Source: an uncultured delta proteobacterium (GTDB lineage: Bacteria > Desulfobacterota > BSN033 > UBA1163). Taken from it: DNA of 64,000 nucleotides. A program made the translations under genes and the position numbers. Positions 9,501 to 19,281 of the stretch are shown in pieces. Positions within the stretch are counted from its first letter, which is position 1, and every line of letters starts with the position of its first letter. The notes under the pieces were generated by a model. It was not told the origin of the DNA. It searched no databases and worked only from the letters and a program-made list of their open reading frames with translations. Where the stretch lies: assembly GCA_963827685.1 (NCBI GenBank), contig CAWHBU010000003.1, positions 160,001 through 224,000 on the forward strand. The letters are read 5' to 3'.

Positions 9501-10328
9501 TTGAAACCGAACCATTCGAATTCTTCAGAGAAAGTCCTGAAGCTGAACAATATTGAAGTCATGTATGACGAGATTATTCTGGTGCTTAAAGGGGTTTCCA
9601 TTGAGATTCCTCAAGGAGGAATTGTAACCCTTCTTGGAGCAAATGGGGCTGGGAAATCGACCACCCTAAAATCCATCTCTGGATTGCTCAAGCACGAGGA
9701 TGGTGAAGTCACCGATGGTAGTATTGAATTCATGGGTGAGAAAATCCACCATCTCTCCGCTGAGGAGATAGCAAAAAGAGGAATATCCCAAATCATAGAG
9801 GGAAGAAGGGTTTTTGAGCACCTTACCGTGGAAGAGAATCTACGGGTGGGAGCCCATCTTCGTGGAATGGGCTCTGCGGCTAAGGAAAGGCTTGAGATGG
9901 TCTATAACTATTTCCCCAGACTGATCGAGCGGCGTAACGTCTTAGCAGGTTTTATCAGTGGTGGAGAACAGCAGATGACCGTGATCGGAAGAGCCCTTAT
10001 GGCCCAACCCAAACTCATTCTTCTCGACGAACCGTCTATGGGCCTTGCCCCCATGCTGATCAAGGAGATCTTCGAAATCATCACCCGGTTGAACAAAGAA
10101 GAAAAAATCCCTCTTCTCTTAGTCGAACAGAATGTGAAATTGGCGCTCACGGTCGCCCAATATGCTTATGTCTTAGAAAACGGGAGACTGGTGATGCATG
10201 ACACCTCAGAAAAGTTGAGGGAAAATCCAGATATCAGAGACTTTTACTTAGGTCTTTCTGATATCGGTGAACGAAAGAGTTTTCGAAATATAAAACATTA
10301 TAAAAGAAGAAAAAGGTGGCTCACATAA
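9501..10328 (+). CDS. livF: Liv-type ABC transporter ATP-binding protein (LivF-like)
   Basis: GANGAGKST, ISGGEQQM, LLDEPSMGLAP and KHYKRRKRWL tail. TTG start after AAGGAG. Confidence 0.92.
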   Translation: MKPNHSNSSEKVLKLNNIEVMYDEIILVLKGVSIEIPQGGIVTLLGANGAGKSTTLKSISGLLKHEDGEVTDGSIEFMGEKIHHLSAEEIAKRGISQIIEGRRVFEHLTVEENLRVGAHLRGMGSAAKERLEMVYNYFPRLIERRNVLAGFISGGEQQMTVIGRALMAQPKLILLDEPSMGLAPMLIKEIFEIITRLNKEEKIPLLLVEQNVKLALTVAQYAYVLENGRLVMHDTSEKLRENPDIRDFYLGLSDIGERKSFRNIKHYKRRKRWLT

Positions 10329-10330
10329 AA

Positions 10331-10422
10331 CCGTGACTCGTGATTCGTGTCCGTGGGTCGTAAGAATTTTGTTAAATAAAAGTCTAACAGGTTGCGGACA
10401 CGGAAAACGGACACGGTCACGT
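10331..10422 (+). repeat. Empty inverted CGTGAY/CACGGA array
   Basis: ccgtgactcgtgattcgtgtccgtgggtcgt ... gcggacacggaaaacggacacggtcacg. Confidence 0.75.
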
Positions 10423-10452
10423 TATTCTTTAAATAAGAAAAGGAGGTTTCCT

Positions 10453-11022
10453 ATGCAAAGACTCTTATTAATTCTTATAGCGATTGCATTTGCAATCGGG
10501 GGATTGACAGCCTGCAAACCTGGCCTCCTGCCGACAGATGAGGCCGGGAAACCAAAAGTGATATTGGAGCGGATCGAAGTAGTAAGTTCCTTCCCATGGA
10601 CCGATCTTCCCGCCCGTACTCCATTGGCTCTTGGCTTCGTGTTTAACATCAACAACCCGAGTGGTTATAATATCATGCTGGACAATATGAAATTCGCATT
10701 TTCCTTTGAAGTAACCCCTGATTATTACGTTGAAATAAACGTTCCCGTCTCCTATGATCAAACCTATTTTCCACCCAACACAACCAGTCAATATCGAATC
10801 GTCAGCATTATAGATTCAGCGGTGATCAACGGAAAGCTTGCAGTAACCCAAGGAGCTAAGCTCCAGCCCCTTGATTTGAAGCCAGCAGATCTAATCAAAA
10901 ACTGGTATTCCAAGATTGGGGACTTTGCCTTTGGTATCAAGGTAGTGGAAGGAATGGCAGTCTTTTCAAGTGAGAAGGGAGACCTATTCATTGCTTTTGA
11001 AGGAAAATTTCCAAGGAAATGA
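10453..11022 (+). CDS. Lipoprotein of unknown function (possibly LEA_2/WHy-like beta sandwich)
   Basis: AGGAGG SD, hydrophobic signal with lipobox LTAC, and FVFNINNPSGYNIMLDNMKFAF resembling the LEA_2 NPN motif. Confidence 0.7.
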   Translation: MQRLLLILIAIAFAIGGLTACKPGLLPTDEAGKPKVILERIEVVSSFPWTDLPARTPLALGFVFNINNPSGYNIMLDNMKFAFSFEVTPDYYVEINVPVSYDQTYFPPNTTSQYRIVSIIDSAVINGKLAVTQGAKLQPLDLKPADLIKNWYSKIGDFAFGIKVVEGMAVFSSEKGDLFIAFEGKFPRK

Positions 11023-11050
11023 CGAGACACAAATAATTCCTCACTTATAA

Positions 11051-11091
11051 TCCTCCCATCCCCCCTTTCAATGGAGGGGAAGATGGGAGGA
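11051..11091. repeat. C-rich/G-rich REP-like hairpin
   Basis: tcctcccatcccccctttcaatggaggggaagatgggagga. Confidence 0.6.
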
Positions 11092-11112
11092 TCCTCCCCC
11101 AGGAGATTCCCC

Positions 11113-12408
11113 ATGCCTAAACAAGAGGTAATGGATAGGACGACGGCTTTTTTGAAGAAAAATCTTGAGACCACGCCCCCCAAAAAGCGTCTCGAATATC
11201 TTAATCAAAAACTGAGAGGAATTACACAATATGCTTACAGAAATTCTGTCGCTTTCAAGAACAAAATGGATTCCGTTGGATTAAAACCAAAGGATATCCT
11301 GACAATGAAAGATTTAGAAAAAATTCCCATTACTGAAAAGGCTGACCTGATGGGATTTCAGAAGAAGAATCCTCCCTTTGGCGGATTTGAAGGAGTCCCG
11401 CTTCGCGAATTGAGAAGGATCTATGTCTCACCAGGACCCCTCTATGAACCTGGCGAAATTGAATATGATGAGCTTGGATGGGCACAGGGAATGTATGCGG
11501 CGGGCTTTCGGCCCGGAGACATTGCCATCAATACATTCAGTTACCACATGGTTCCTTTTGCCATGCAGATGTTGGATAACTCTCTCTTCAGGATCGGATG
11601 TATCACTATTCCCACAGGTGTCGGCAATACCGAACAACAGGTGAATATCCTTAAGAACCTAAGGGTCAGGGCGTTTTGCGGAACTCCAAGCTTTCTTCTC
11701 AACATCGCTGAAAAGGCGGAGGAGATGGGCTTAGATCTGAAAAAAGACTTCCACCTCCAGGTCGGCTTTGTGGCTGCAGAGATGGTACCAGAATCCCTCA
11801 GATCTGAATTGGAAGAGAGATTTGGAATGACCATCCGACAAGGTTATGGAACCGCTGATATTCGATGCTTGGGTTACGAATGTGTGGAGAAGAATGGGAT
11901 GCATGTCCCGGATGACAAGATCGTGGAGATCGTTGACCCTGAGACGGGCAACCAGTTGGACCCTGGAAAAGCGGGGGAGATTGTTGCCACTTCATTCAAT
12001 AAAGTCTACCCTTTAATTCGATTTGGGACAGGAGACCTCTCCATCCTCAGCGAGGCCTCCTGCCCTTGCGGTAGAACCTCTGCGAGATTAGTAAAGATTC
12101 TGGGGAGGGTGGATCAAGCGACCAAGGTCAGGGGACTTTTCATCCATCCCGGTCAAGTCGATGAAGTGGCTGCAAGGTTTCCACAGATCGCAAGGTATCA
12201 GGTACGGATTACAAGAAAGGAGCACAAGGACGAAATGACCTTCTTGACTGAACTTAGGGAAGAAGATGATCAATCTGATAAGCTAAAGGAAGGGATAGAA
12301 AGATCTGTCCGGGATGTGATGAAAGTAAGGGGCGAAGTCAAATTCGTGTCTAAAGGGACGATTCCAGATGGGGTCAAGAAGATTGAAGACCAACGCACCT
12401 GGGAATGA
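11113..12408 (+). CDS. Phenylacetate-CoA ligase (PaaK)-family protein
   Basis: RRIYVSPGP, FCGTPSFL, YGTADI, YPLIRFGTGDLS and GRVDQATKVRG. Confidence 0.88.
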   Translation: MPKQEVMDRTTAFLKKNLETTPPKKRLEYLNQKLRGITQYAYRNSVAFKNKMDSVGLKPKDILTMKDLEKIPITEKADLMGFQKKNPPFGGFEGVPLRELRRIYVSPGPLYEPGEIEYDELGWAQGMYAAGFRPGDIAINTFSYHMVPFAMQMLDNSLFRIGCITIPTGVGNTEQQVNILKNLRVRAFCGTPSFLLNIAEKAEEMGLDLKKDFHLQVGFVAAEMVPESLRSELEERFGMTIRQGYGTADIRCLGYECVEKNGMHVPDDKIVEIVDPETGNQLDPGKAGEIVATSFNKVYPLIRFGTGDLSILSEASCPCGRTSARLVKILGRVDQATKVRGLFIHPGQVDEVAARFPQIARYQVRITRKEHKDEMTFLTELREEDDQSDKLKEGIERSVRDVMKVRGEVKFVSKGTIPDGVKKIEDQRTWE

Positions 12409-12539
12409 ATTTCGAATGCTACAAAATACCAGTCTCTGGTTCAACGGTTAGGGTTAGGATGCCGGTTTCGTTGACAGGTTATATCATTGATCTCTAAGTT
12501 TTCAGCCTTAACCTTCTCACATCAACTCTTAATAAACTT

Positions 12540-12569
12540 TTGACGGTTTTTTGTTAAATGTGCTAAGAT
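12540..12569 (+). promoter_or_regulatory. Putative sigma70 promoter
   Basis: TTGACG-18 nt-TAAGAT with extended TG, about 30 nt upstream of the ATG at 12599. Confidence 0.45.
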
Positions 12570-12598
12570 GATGTCCAAAAAGAAAGGGGGAGGAATTT

Positions 12599-13276
12599 AT
12601 GAAAATTCATTACAAAGGATTTATAAGAGAAAGAATCCAAAGAAATCCTGTGACAATAAGCCCCGATGCTTCCTTCTTCGAAGCCCGAAACCTTATCCAT
12701 GAAAAGGGTATTCAACATCTGCCAGTAGTAGATAAGAGCGGCAAACTGGTAGGAATTGTTACAGACGGAGATATTCGGGAAGCCGCCCCCTCTGATGCGA
12801 CCCTGCTCAGCGTCCAGGAACTTAACTATCTATTAGGAAAACTGAAGGTTTCGGCCTTTATGACGCCAGAGGATAAGTTGATCACCATCACTCCTGACGC
12901 ATTGATTGAGGAAGCAGTCCAATTGATGCATGACCACAAGATCGGGTCTCTTCCCGTTGTGGAGGGGAAAAAGCTGTATGGAATTTTTACAGAGACAGAT
13001 GCCTTAGACCATTTCGTGGATATATTTGGCCTCAAGCAGAAAGGGACCCGTTTAACCATCGCCCTTGAAGATAAACCCGGTTCGCTGCTCGGTATACTTG
13101 AAGTGCTCAAAAAACATAATATAAACATGATCAGCATTGTCACTCCTTCTTTTATGGTGGAAGGAAAAAGGATCGCTGCCATTCGAATTAAAACAGAAGA
13201 CTATAAGGATGTAATTAAGGATTTAGAGAAAGCAGGCTATGATGTTTTATCTATAGGCAAATGGCCCTCCATTTAG
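12599..13276 (+). CDS. CBS-pair + ACT domain protein (AcuB-like)
   Basis: HLPVVD..LVGIVTDGDIREAAPSDATLLS, a second CBS (KIGSLPVV) and ACT-like LEDKPGSL. Confidence 0.88.
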   Translation: MKIHYKGFIRERIQRNPVTISPDASFFEARNLIHEKGIQHLPVVDKSGKLVGIVTDGDIREAAPSDATLLSVQELNYLLGKLKVSAFMTPEDKLITITPDALIEEAVQLMHDHKIGSLPVVEGKKLYGIFTETDALDHFVDIFGLKQKGTRLTIALEDKPGSLLGILEVLKKHNINMISIVTPSFMVEGKRIAAIRIKTEDYKDVIKDLEKAGYDVLSIGKWPSI

Positions 13277-13398
13277 TCTATCTTTTTTCCGATGAAGTTT
13301 AGCCGTTTACGTTAAGTGGCACGATCAGGGTGGTGCTATAGTATACAACCGAACAAAGTCAAACACGGAAGACGGTCTTCAGTAAGGAGAGGATAAGC

Positions 13399-14580
13399 AT
13401 GAGAGAAGTGGTGATCACCAGTGCCGTCCGAACAGCCATCGGTAACTTCCTCGGGGGATTAAGTCCTTTCAGCGCCACGGAGTTAGGAGCCAGAGTAATC
13501 GAGGAGGCAGTCAAACGATCGAAGATTCAAAAAAACGATGTGGATGAAGTGATCATGGGGAATGTCCTCCCATTCGGACTGGGACAGAATCCAGCTCGTC
13601 AAGCGATGATCAAGGCTGGACTTCCAATGCCGGGAGGGGCTATCACCGTCAACAAGGTCTGCGGTTCCGGGTTGAAGGCCGTGATGTTAGCTGCCCAGGT
13701 GATCATGGCCGGAGATGCAGAGGTGATCGTCGCCGGTGGCATGGAGAGTATGAGCCGAGCTCCCTACTATTTGGAAAATGCGAGAACAGGCTACCGGCTT
13801 TGGGATGGAAAATTGGTGGATGGAATGGTCCATGATGGTCTCTGGGACGTGGTGAGCGATTACCATATGGGGTATACCGCTGAGATTCAATCGAAGAAGT
13901 TTAATATCAGCCGTCAAGAACAGGATCAATTTGCATACGAATCAAACCTCAAGGCGATGAAGACGATCCGAGAGGGAAAATTTAAAGAGGAGATCCTCCC
14001 TCTCCCGATCCCTTCGAAGAGAGGGGAACCGACTCTTTTTGAAATCGATGAGGGACCCCGTGATACCGATCTCCAAACGATGACCAAACTCAAACCTGTC
14101 TTTAAAGAGGATGGAGTTGTCACGGCCGCAAATTCCTCTAAGATCAGCGATGGAGCAAGTGCTCTCGTGGTCATGTCAAAGGAGAAGGCCCGGGCTCTGG
14201 GCGTGGAGCCCATGGCAAAGGTCGGGGCACAAGCGGCGGCGGGTGTGGAGTTGGAGGACGTCCTCGTCGCCCCGATTCAATCGATTCCGAAGGCCCTGAA
14301 AAAGGCCGGCCTCTCCCTGAAGGATATCGACCTCTTCGAAATCAACGAAGCCTTTTCTGCGACAACGGTGGCCGTCGTCAAAGCCTTGGGAATAGACAAG
14401 AGTAAGGTCAATGTCCACGGGGGTGCTGTTGCCCTAGGCCATCCGATCGGTGCGAGCGGGGCGAGAGTCCTGACCACATTGCTTTACGCCATGAAAGAGA
14501 CGGGGGCGAAGAGAGGAATGGCTTCTCTCTGTTTGGGCGGTGCAGAAGCCGTGAGTTTAATCGTAGAAAGAATAGGCTAA
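13399..14580 (+). CDS. atoB: Acetyl-CoA C-acetyltransferase (thiolase)
   Basis: NKVCGSG, EINEAF, GHPIGASG and CLGG catalytic motifs all present. Confidence 0.93.
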   Translation: MREVVITSAVRTAIGNFLGGLSPFSATELGARVIEEAVKRSKIQKNDVDEVIMGNVLPFGLGQNPARQAMIKAGLPMPGGAITVNKVCGSGLKAVMLAAQVIMAGDAEVIVAGGMESMSRAPYYLENARTGYRLWDGKLVDGMVHDGLWDVVSDYHMGYTAEIQSKKFNISRQEQDQFAYESNLKAMKTIREGKFKEEILPLPIPSKRGEPTLFEIDEGPRDTDLQTMTKLKPVFKEDGVVTAANSSKISDGASALVVMSKEKARALGVEPMAKVGAQAAAGVELEDVLVAPIQSIPKALKKAGLSLKDIDLFEINEAFSATTVAVVKALGIDKSKVNVHGGAVALGHPIGASGARVLTTLLYAMKETGAKRGMASLCLGGAEAVSLIVERIG

Positions 14581-14586
14581 AAAGAA

Positions 14587-14682
14587 CATTGCAAAATGCA
14601 AAGTTAACATCGCAAAGTTATCACTGAAAGATTTTTTCTTTCCATTGCTAATGGCTAATTTTTCAATGTTAATTTTGCAATG
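14587..14682 (+). repeat. Empty inverted 7-mer array (TGCAAA family)
   Basis: cattgcaaa atgcaaa gttaaca tcgcaaa gttatca ... tgctaat ggctaat ttttcaa tgttaat tttgcaatg. Confidence 0.8.
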
Positions 14683-14702
14683 AGCTTTTAACAGGAGGCC
14701 TT

Positions 14703-15554
14703 ATGGAAATTAAGACGATCGGCGTCGTGGGAGCTGGACAGATGGGAAATGGAATTGCTCAGGTAGCCGCCTATTCTGGATTCCGGGTCATCATGAGTGA
14801 TATTGCCGATCCTTTCATTCAAAAAGGTCTAACGACCATTTCTAAGAATCTGGATCGAATGGTGGAAAAGGGAAAGATTGCCTCTCAGAAGAAAGAGGAG
14901 GTGATGGGAAAGATCAAAGGGACGACTAAAATTGGAGACATGGCGGATGCAGATTTTGTTGTCGAGGCCGCCACAGAGAACGAATCCCTCAAATTGAACC
15001 TGTTTAAAGAACTGGATCAGGTTTGTCGAAAAGAGATCATCCTCTCGAGCAATACTTCCTCCATCTCTATCACTAAGCTTGCCTCAGCAACCCAAAGACC
15101 GTCACAAGTCATCGGAATGCATTTCATGAACCCTGTCCCGGTGATGCAGCTGGTGGAGATCATCCGGGGCCTTCAAACCTCTCAGGAAACTTTTGGTACG
15201 GTTAAGTCCCTCGCCGAGCAGATAGGTAAAACCCCGGTTGAAGCGAATGACTTCCCGGGATTCATCTCCAATCGAGTCTTAATGCCCATGATCAACGAAG
15301 CAATTTATGCCCTCTTTGAAGGAGTGGGCACACCAGAGGCCATCGACACCGTCATGAGACTGGGAATGAATCATCCCATGGGGCCCTTGACATTGGCCGA
15401 CCTGATCGGCCTGGATACGTGTCTGGCTATTATGGAGGTCATCTATAAGGGTTTGGGGGATTCCAAGTATCGTCCCTGCCCTCTCCTCAAAAAATATGTC
15501 GAGGCAGGTTACCTAGGTAGGAAAACGGGAAGAGGGTTCTATACCTATAGTTAG
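14703..15554 (+). CDS. hbd: 3-hydroxybutyryl-CoA dehydrogenase
   Basis: [30 protein letters not shown] and GMNHPMGPL. Confidence 0.93.
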   Translation: MEIKTIGVVGAGQMGNGIAQVAAYSGFRVIMSDIADPFIQKGLTTISKNLDRMVEKGKIASQKKEEVMGKIKGTTKIGDMADADFVVEAATENESLKLNLFKELDQVCRKEIILSSNTSSISITKLASATQRPSQVIGMHFMNPVPVMQLVEIIRGLQTSQETFGTVKSLAEQIGKTPVEANDFPGFISNRVLMPMINEAIYALFEGVGTPEAIDTVMRLGMNHPMGPLTLADLIGLDTCLAIMEVIYKGLGDSKYRPCPLLKKYVEAGYLGRKTGRGFYTYS

Positions 15555-15555
15555 A

Positions 15556-15627
15556 AGTTAGGAGTTCGGAGTTCAGAGTTCGGAGATTCTAAAAATACTC
15601 CGAACTAGGAACTGAAAACTCCGAACT
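15556..15627 (+). repeat. Empty inverted 7-mer array (AGTTCGG/CCGAACT family)
   Basis: agttagg agttcgg agttcag agttcgg ... ccgaact aggaact gaaaact ccgaact. Confidence 0.85.
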
Positions 15628-15642
15628 GAATTTTGGAAGGCG

Positions 15643-16788
15643 ATGGACTTCAAACTCACTCAAGAACAAGAGATGATCAGAAATATGGCGAGAGATTTCA
15701 CGGAGAAGAATATCAAGCCCGTGGCCGCGCAATATGACGAGGAAAAACAGTTTCCCTATCAGAACCTTAAGAAAATGGCTGAGAAGGGCCTGATGGGAAT
15801 GAATGTTCCAGCGGAATATGGCGGGTCGGAAGTTGGAGCGGTTGCCTGTAGCCTCGCCATCACGGAAATCGCGAAGGGATGTGCTTCCCATGCCGTGACG
15901 ACTTCTGTGACCAATATGGTTGCGGAGTTGATCTACGAGTTCGGACAGGAGGAGATAAAAAGAAAACACATCCCCAAGATATGTCGTGGCGAATATCCTG
16001 CCGGAGCCTTTGCTCTGACTGAACCCCACACTGGATCCGATGCGGTCAATATTCGCATGAGCGCCATCCGTCAAAAGGATACCTATCGTGTTAATGGAAC
16101 TAAAACCATGATCACCAGTGGAGAAGCTTCAGGTGTGACTGTTACCTGGGCCGTCACGGATCGCAATGCAAAGAGAGGAAAAGGGATCAGCGCTTTTGTC
16201 ATTGAGAAGGGGACGCCTGGATTTATTGTGGGAAAGGCAGAAGATAAGATGGGCCACCGGGCAGCCCAGAACAACGAATTGATCTTTGACAACTGTGTGA
16301 TCCCCAGCAATTGCCTTTTGGGCAAGGAGGGTGAAGGGTTTAAGATTGCTATGATCGAACTCAACGGGGGAAGGATCGGAATTGGGTCTTTAGCGGTAGG
16401 GGTGGGATTCGCAGCCATTGATTTTGCAAGAGGATATGTTAAAGAAAGGGAGGTTTTTGGCAAACCCCTTTCCAGCTTTGAGGCCATTCAATGGATGATC
16501 GCAGACTCGTATACAGAGTTGGAAGCCGCTCAGCTTCTTGTCTTGCGCGCCGCTCTCCTCAAGGAAGACCATCAACCCTTTACGAAAGAGGCTTCCATGG
16601 CAAAGCTCTTTGCCACGGAGACGGCAAGGAATGTTGCGATCCGCGCTCTTCAGATGCTGGGTGGGTATGGTTATTTTAAAGAGTATCCGATGGAACGTTA
16701 CCTTCGAGATATCATTGGAACAACCCTCTATGAAGGGACCTCTGAGGTTCAACGAATTGTGATTTCGAGGGAAATATTGAATCGCTGA
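15643..16788 (+). CDS. Acyl-CoA dehydrogenase (butyryl-CoA dehydrogenase-like)
   Basis: FALTEPHTGSD, GRIGIG, QMLGGYGY and YEGTSEVQR. Confidence 0.92.
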   Translation: MDFKLTQEQEMIRNMARDFTEKNIKPVAAQYDEEKQFPYQNLKKMAEKGLMGMNVPAEYGGSEVGAVACSLAITEIAKGCASHAVTTSVTNMVAELIYEFGQEEIKRKHIPKICRGEYPAGAFALTEPHTGSDAVNIRMSAIRQKDTYRVNGTKTMITSGEASGVTVTWAVTDRNAKRGKGISAFVIEKGTPGFIVGKAEDKMGHRAAQNNELIFDNCVIPSNCLLGKEGEGFKIAMIELNGGRIGIGSLAVGVGFAAIDFARGYVKEREVFGKPLSSFEAIQWMIADSYTELEAAQLLVLRAALLKEDHQPFTKEASMAKLFATETARNVAIRALQMLGGYGYFKEYPMERYLRDIIGTTLYEGTSEVQRIVISREILNR

Positions 16789-16926
16789 TATTTTTTTCAT
16801 ATCATTAATGAAATTATTCACAGAGTACCATTTGGGCTTCGGATTTGATTTGACATTTTTGCTATGATATTTGACACTTAAGTATAGTGATTTGTTCTTA
16901 GTTTTAACATGGGGAGGACCTAAGAA

Positions 16927-18075
16927 ATGGAATTGTCAGAACAGACCTTTGCCCAAAAGTTTGACCTCTACGGATGTTTTCAATGCGGTAAGTGCACAGG
17001 AGGGTGTCCTGTTTCCCTCAAATCGAAGCTGAATATCCGAAGGCTAATGATCGAGGGTATTTTGGGAAAGAATCTCGATCGGGTCAGTGAGAAGGAGGAA
17101 CTCTGGGATTGTACCACATGTAAAACCTGCACACTCCGGTGCCCTCGTGGTTTGAAGCCCATGGATCTGGTCATCGGAATGAGGGGAATCCTGATCGAAG
17201 AGGGACACATTCCTAAGACCATTATCGAAGCCATGGAAAGCGCTTACAAATATGGAAACCCCTGGGGAATCCCGAAGAACAAAAGGACAGAGTGGATCAA
17301 AGGGCTGCCCGAAGACCTCAAGGTGAAGGACTTCTCCCAAGGGGACCGTGCTGAGTTTCTTTACTTCGTCGGATGCACCGCTTCTTCCGATCCCCGAATT
17401 CAGGAAATCGCAAAGTCCTTTGTCTTCGGACTTCGGCAGGCCGGCGTCGATTTCGGGATCCTCGGAAACGACGAACAATGCTGCGGTAACGAGATCCGGA
17501 GAATGGGAGAAGCAGGTCTCTTTGAGGAGCTCGTCGAAGGAAACATGAAACAGTTCGACACCTATCAGATCGAAAATATCATCACCACCTGTCCTCATGG
17601 TTTCAATGCCTTCAAGAATGAGTATCCTCAAGGAAAGTTCAATGTTCTCCACGCTACCCAGGTTTTGGCAAAGCGCTTAGAAGAAGGGAAACTTTCTCTC
17701 ACGCAGCAGGTCAAAAAGGTGGTCACCTATCATGACCCCTGTTTTTTGGGCAAGCAGAATAACATTTTCGACAAACCCCGAATCCTTCTGAACGCCATTC
17801 CGGGCCTCACCTTCAAAGAACTTGACCGTTCCCGAGAAAGAAGTCTCTGCTGCGAAGGCGGAGGAGGAAGGATGTGGGTAGAATCTTCGACCGATACAGG
17901 CCAGCGTCTTGCTGAGGTCCGAGTGAGAGACGCCGTAGAATTGGGAGCAGAGATCTTAGCAACGGCATGTCCCCTATGTGTGTTGACACTGGAGGACGCT
18001 GTGAAGACCTCTGGCTTTGAAGAAAAAATCAAAGTGATGGACGTGACGGAGTTATTGGCTGAGGCCATGGAATGA
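16927..18075 (+). CDS. Soluble HdrD/GlpC-like Fe-S oxidoreductase (2x4Fe-4S plus two CCG domains)
   Basis: CFQCGKCTGGCP, CTTCKTCTLRCP, YFVGC, QCCG, YHDPC, CCEGGGG and TACPLC. No membrane domain. Confidence 0.9.
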   Translation: MELSEQTFAQKFDLYGCFQCGKCTGGCPVSLKSKLNIRRLMIEGILGKNLDRVSEKEELWDCTTCKTCTLRCPRGLKPMDLVIGMRGILIEEGHIPKTIIEAMESAYKYGNPWGIPKNKRTEWIKGLPEDLKVKDFSQGDRAEFLYFVGCTASSDPRIQEIAKSFVFGLRQAGVDFGILGNDEQCCGNEIRRMGEAGLFEELVEGNMKQFDTYQIENIITTCPHGFNAFKNEYPQGKFNVLHATQVLAKRLEEGKLSLTQQVKKVVTYHDPCFLGKQNNIFDKPRILLNAIPGLTFKELDRSRERSLCCEGGGGRMWVESSTDTGQRLAEVRVRDAVELGAEILATACPLCVLTLEDAVKTSGFEEKIKVMDVTELLAEAME

Positions 18076-18076
18076 G

Positions 18077-18454
18077 ATGAAACTGAGAGAGATTCGAGAC
18101 ATTTTGGATGCAGAACTGATTACGGGAGACGCGAGTCTCGATAAAGAGATAAAGTACGTTAATGCGGCGGACCTTATCAGCGACGTCCTCGCTTACAGCA
18201 CGGGACCGGGGGCCTTACTTATTACGGGGATTGTCCATTCCCAGGTGATTTATGCAGCGAATACAATCGAATTAGGGGCCATCCTTTTTGTCAGAGGAAA
18301 ACGGCCCAACGAGGCAACCTTACAATTGGCGAACGAGAATCATATCCCCCTCTTGACTACCCGCTATATCATGTTTGAAGCATGCGGTCGCTTATATCAA
18401 CTTGGTATGAGGGCGTGTATCGAAAAAGTGAAAAATGGCCGGGGCGGGAAATAA
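18077..18454 (+). CDS. DRTGG domain protein
   Basis: AADLISDVL, LLITG, ILFVRGKRP and FEACGRLY. Confidence 0.85.
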   Translation: MKLREIRDILDAELITGDASLDKEIKYVNAADLISDVLAYSTGPGALLITGIVHSQVIYAANTIELGAILFVRGKRPNEATLQLANENHIPLLTTRYIMFEACGRLYQLGMRACIEKVKNGRGGK

Positions 18455-18914
18455 CATATCACTTCATGAAATGTTTCATATCCAGGGGGGCAATTTTACG
18501 AATGCCGGGTCCATTTCAAGTCAGGTCAAGAAGATTCTAATAAGGGCTGGATTTTCTCATCGCGTCATTCGTAGAACATCCATTGCGACCTTCGAGGCCG
18601 AGATGAACGTGATCTGCTATGCCAACCGAGGAACGATTTCGCTCTTTATTACGCCCGACTTCTTGAAGATCGTAGTCGAAGACGAAGGGACCGGTATTCC
18701 CGATATCAATCTGGCGATGAAAGAGGGCTACTCGACCGCTAACGAAAAGATTCATGAATTGGGGTTCGGTGCGGGAATGGGCCTTTCCAATATAAAAAAT
18801 AATACGGACGAGATGATCCTCACCTCTAAATTCGGGGAAGGAACTCATCTTGAGTTTGTCATCAGTCTGGAAGGAAGGGATAAGCTGGTTCCCCTGTTGA
18901 GCACCAGGGGATGA
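18435..18914 (+). CDS. Anti-sigma-like Ser/Thr kinase (RsbT-like HATPase_c)
   Basis: FEAEMNV, DEGTGIPDINLAMKEGYST and LGFGAGMGLSNIK. Confidence 0.88.
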   Translation: MAGAGNNISLHEMFHIQGGNFTNAGSISSQVKKILIRAGFSHRVIRRTSIATFEAEMNVICYANRGTISLFITPDFLKIVVEDEGTGIPDINLAMKEGYSTANEKIHELGFGAGMGLSNIKNNTDEMILTSKFGEGTHLEFVISLEGRDKLVPLLSTRG

Positions 18915-18936
18915 TAAGAGGGAAGGAACTCCTTTG

Positions 18937-19281
18937 ATGACGGTCTCCGATATCGTCAAATCCTTTGGACTAAAGATTAGGGCAGGGAAAAATCGGCTCG
19001 ATGAGGAGGTGACAGGAGGGTATGCCGGCGATCTCCTCAGCGATGTGATTGCCCACAGCCGCAAAGGGAACATCTGGGTGACCATCCAAACCCATCCCAA
19101 TATCGTTGCGGTGGCCACCATGAAGGAGCTGGCAGGAATTATTTTAACAGGAGGAAGAGAACCTGATTCAGATACCCTTCAAAAGGCGGAAGAGGAAGAG
19201 ATGCCTATCTTGGTCTCTTCGCTCTTTACCTTTGAATTGGTGGGCAAACTCTACCAAAAGGGGATTTCAGGAACGGGTTGA
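18937..19281 (+). CDS. DRTGG domain protein
   Basis: GGYAGDLLSDVIA and WVTIQTHPNIVAVA. Confidence 0.88.
   Translation: MTVSDIVKSFGLKIRAGKNRLDEEVTGGYAGDLLSDVIAHSRKGNIWVTIQTHPNIVAVATMKELAGIILTGGREPDSDTLQKAEEEEMPILVSSLFTFELVGKLYQKGISGTG

Noticed and set aside
13317-13340. Sigma54 promoter (TGGCACG) upstream of the thiolase
   Set aside because: No TTGC at the required -12 spacing.
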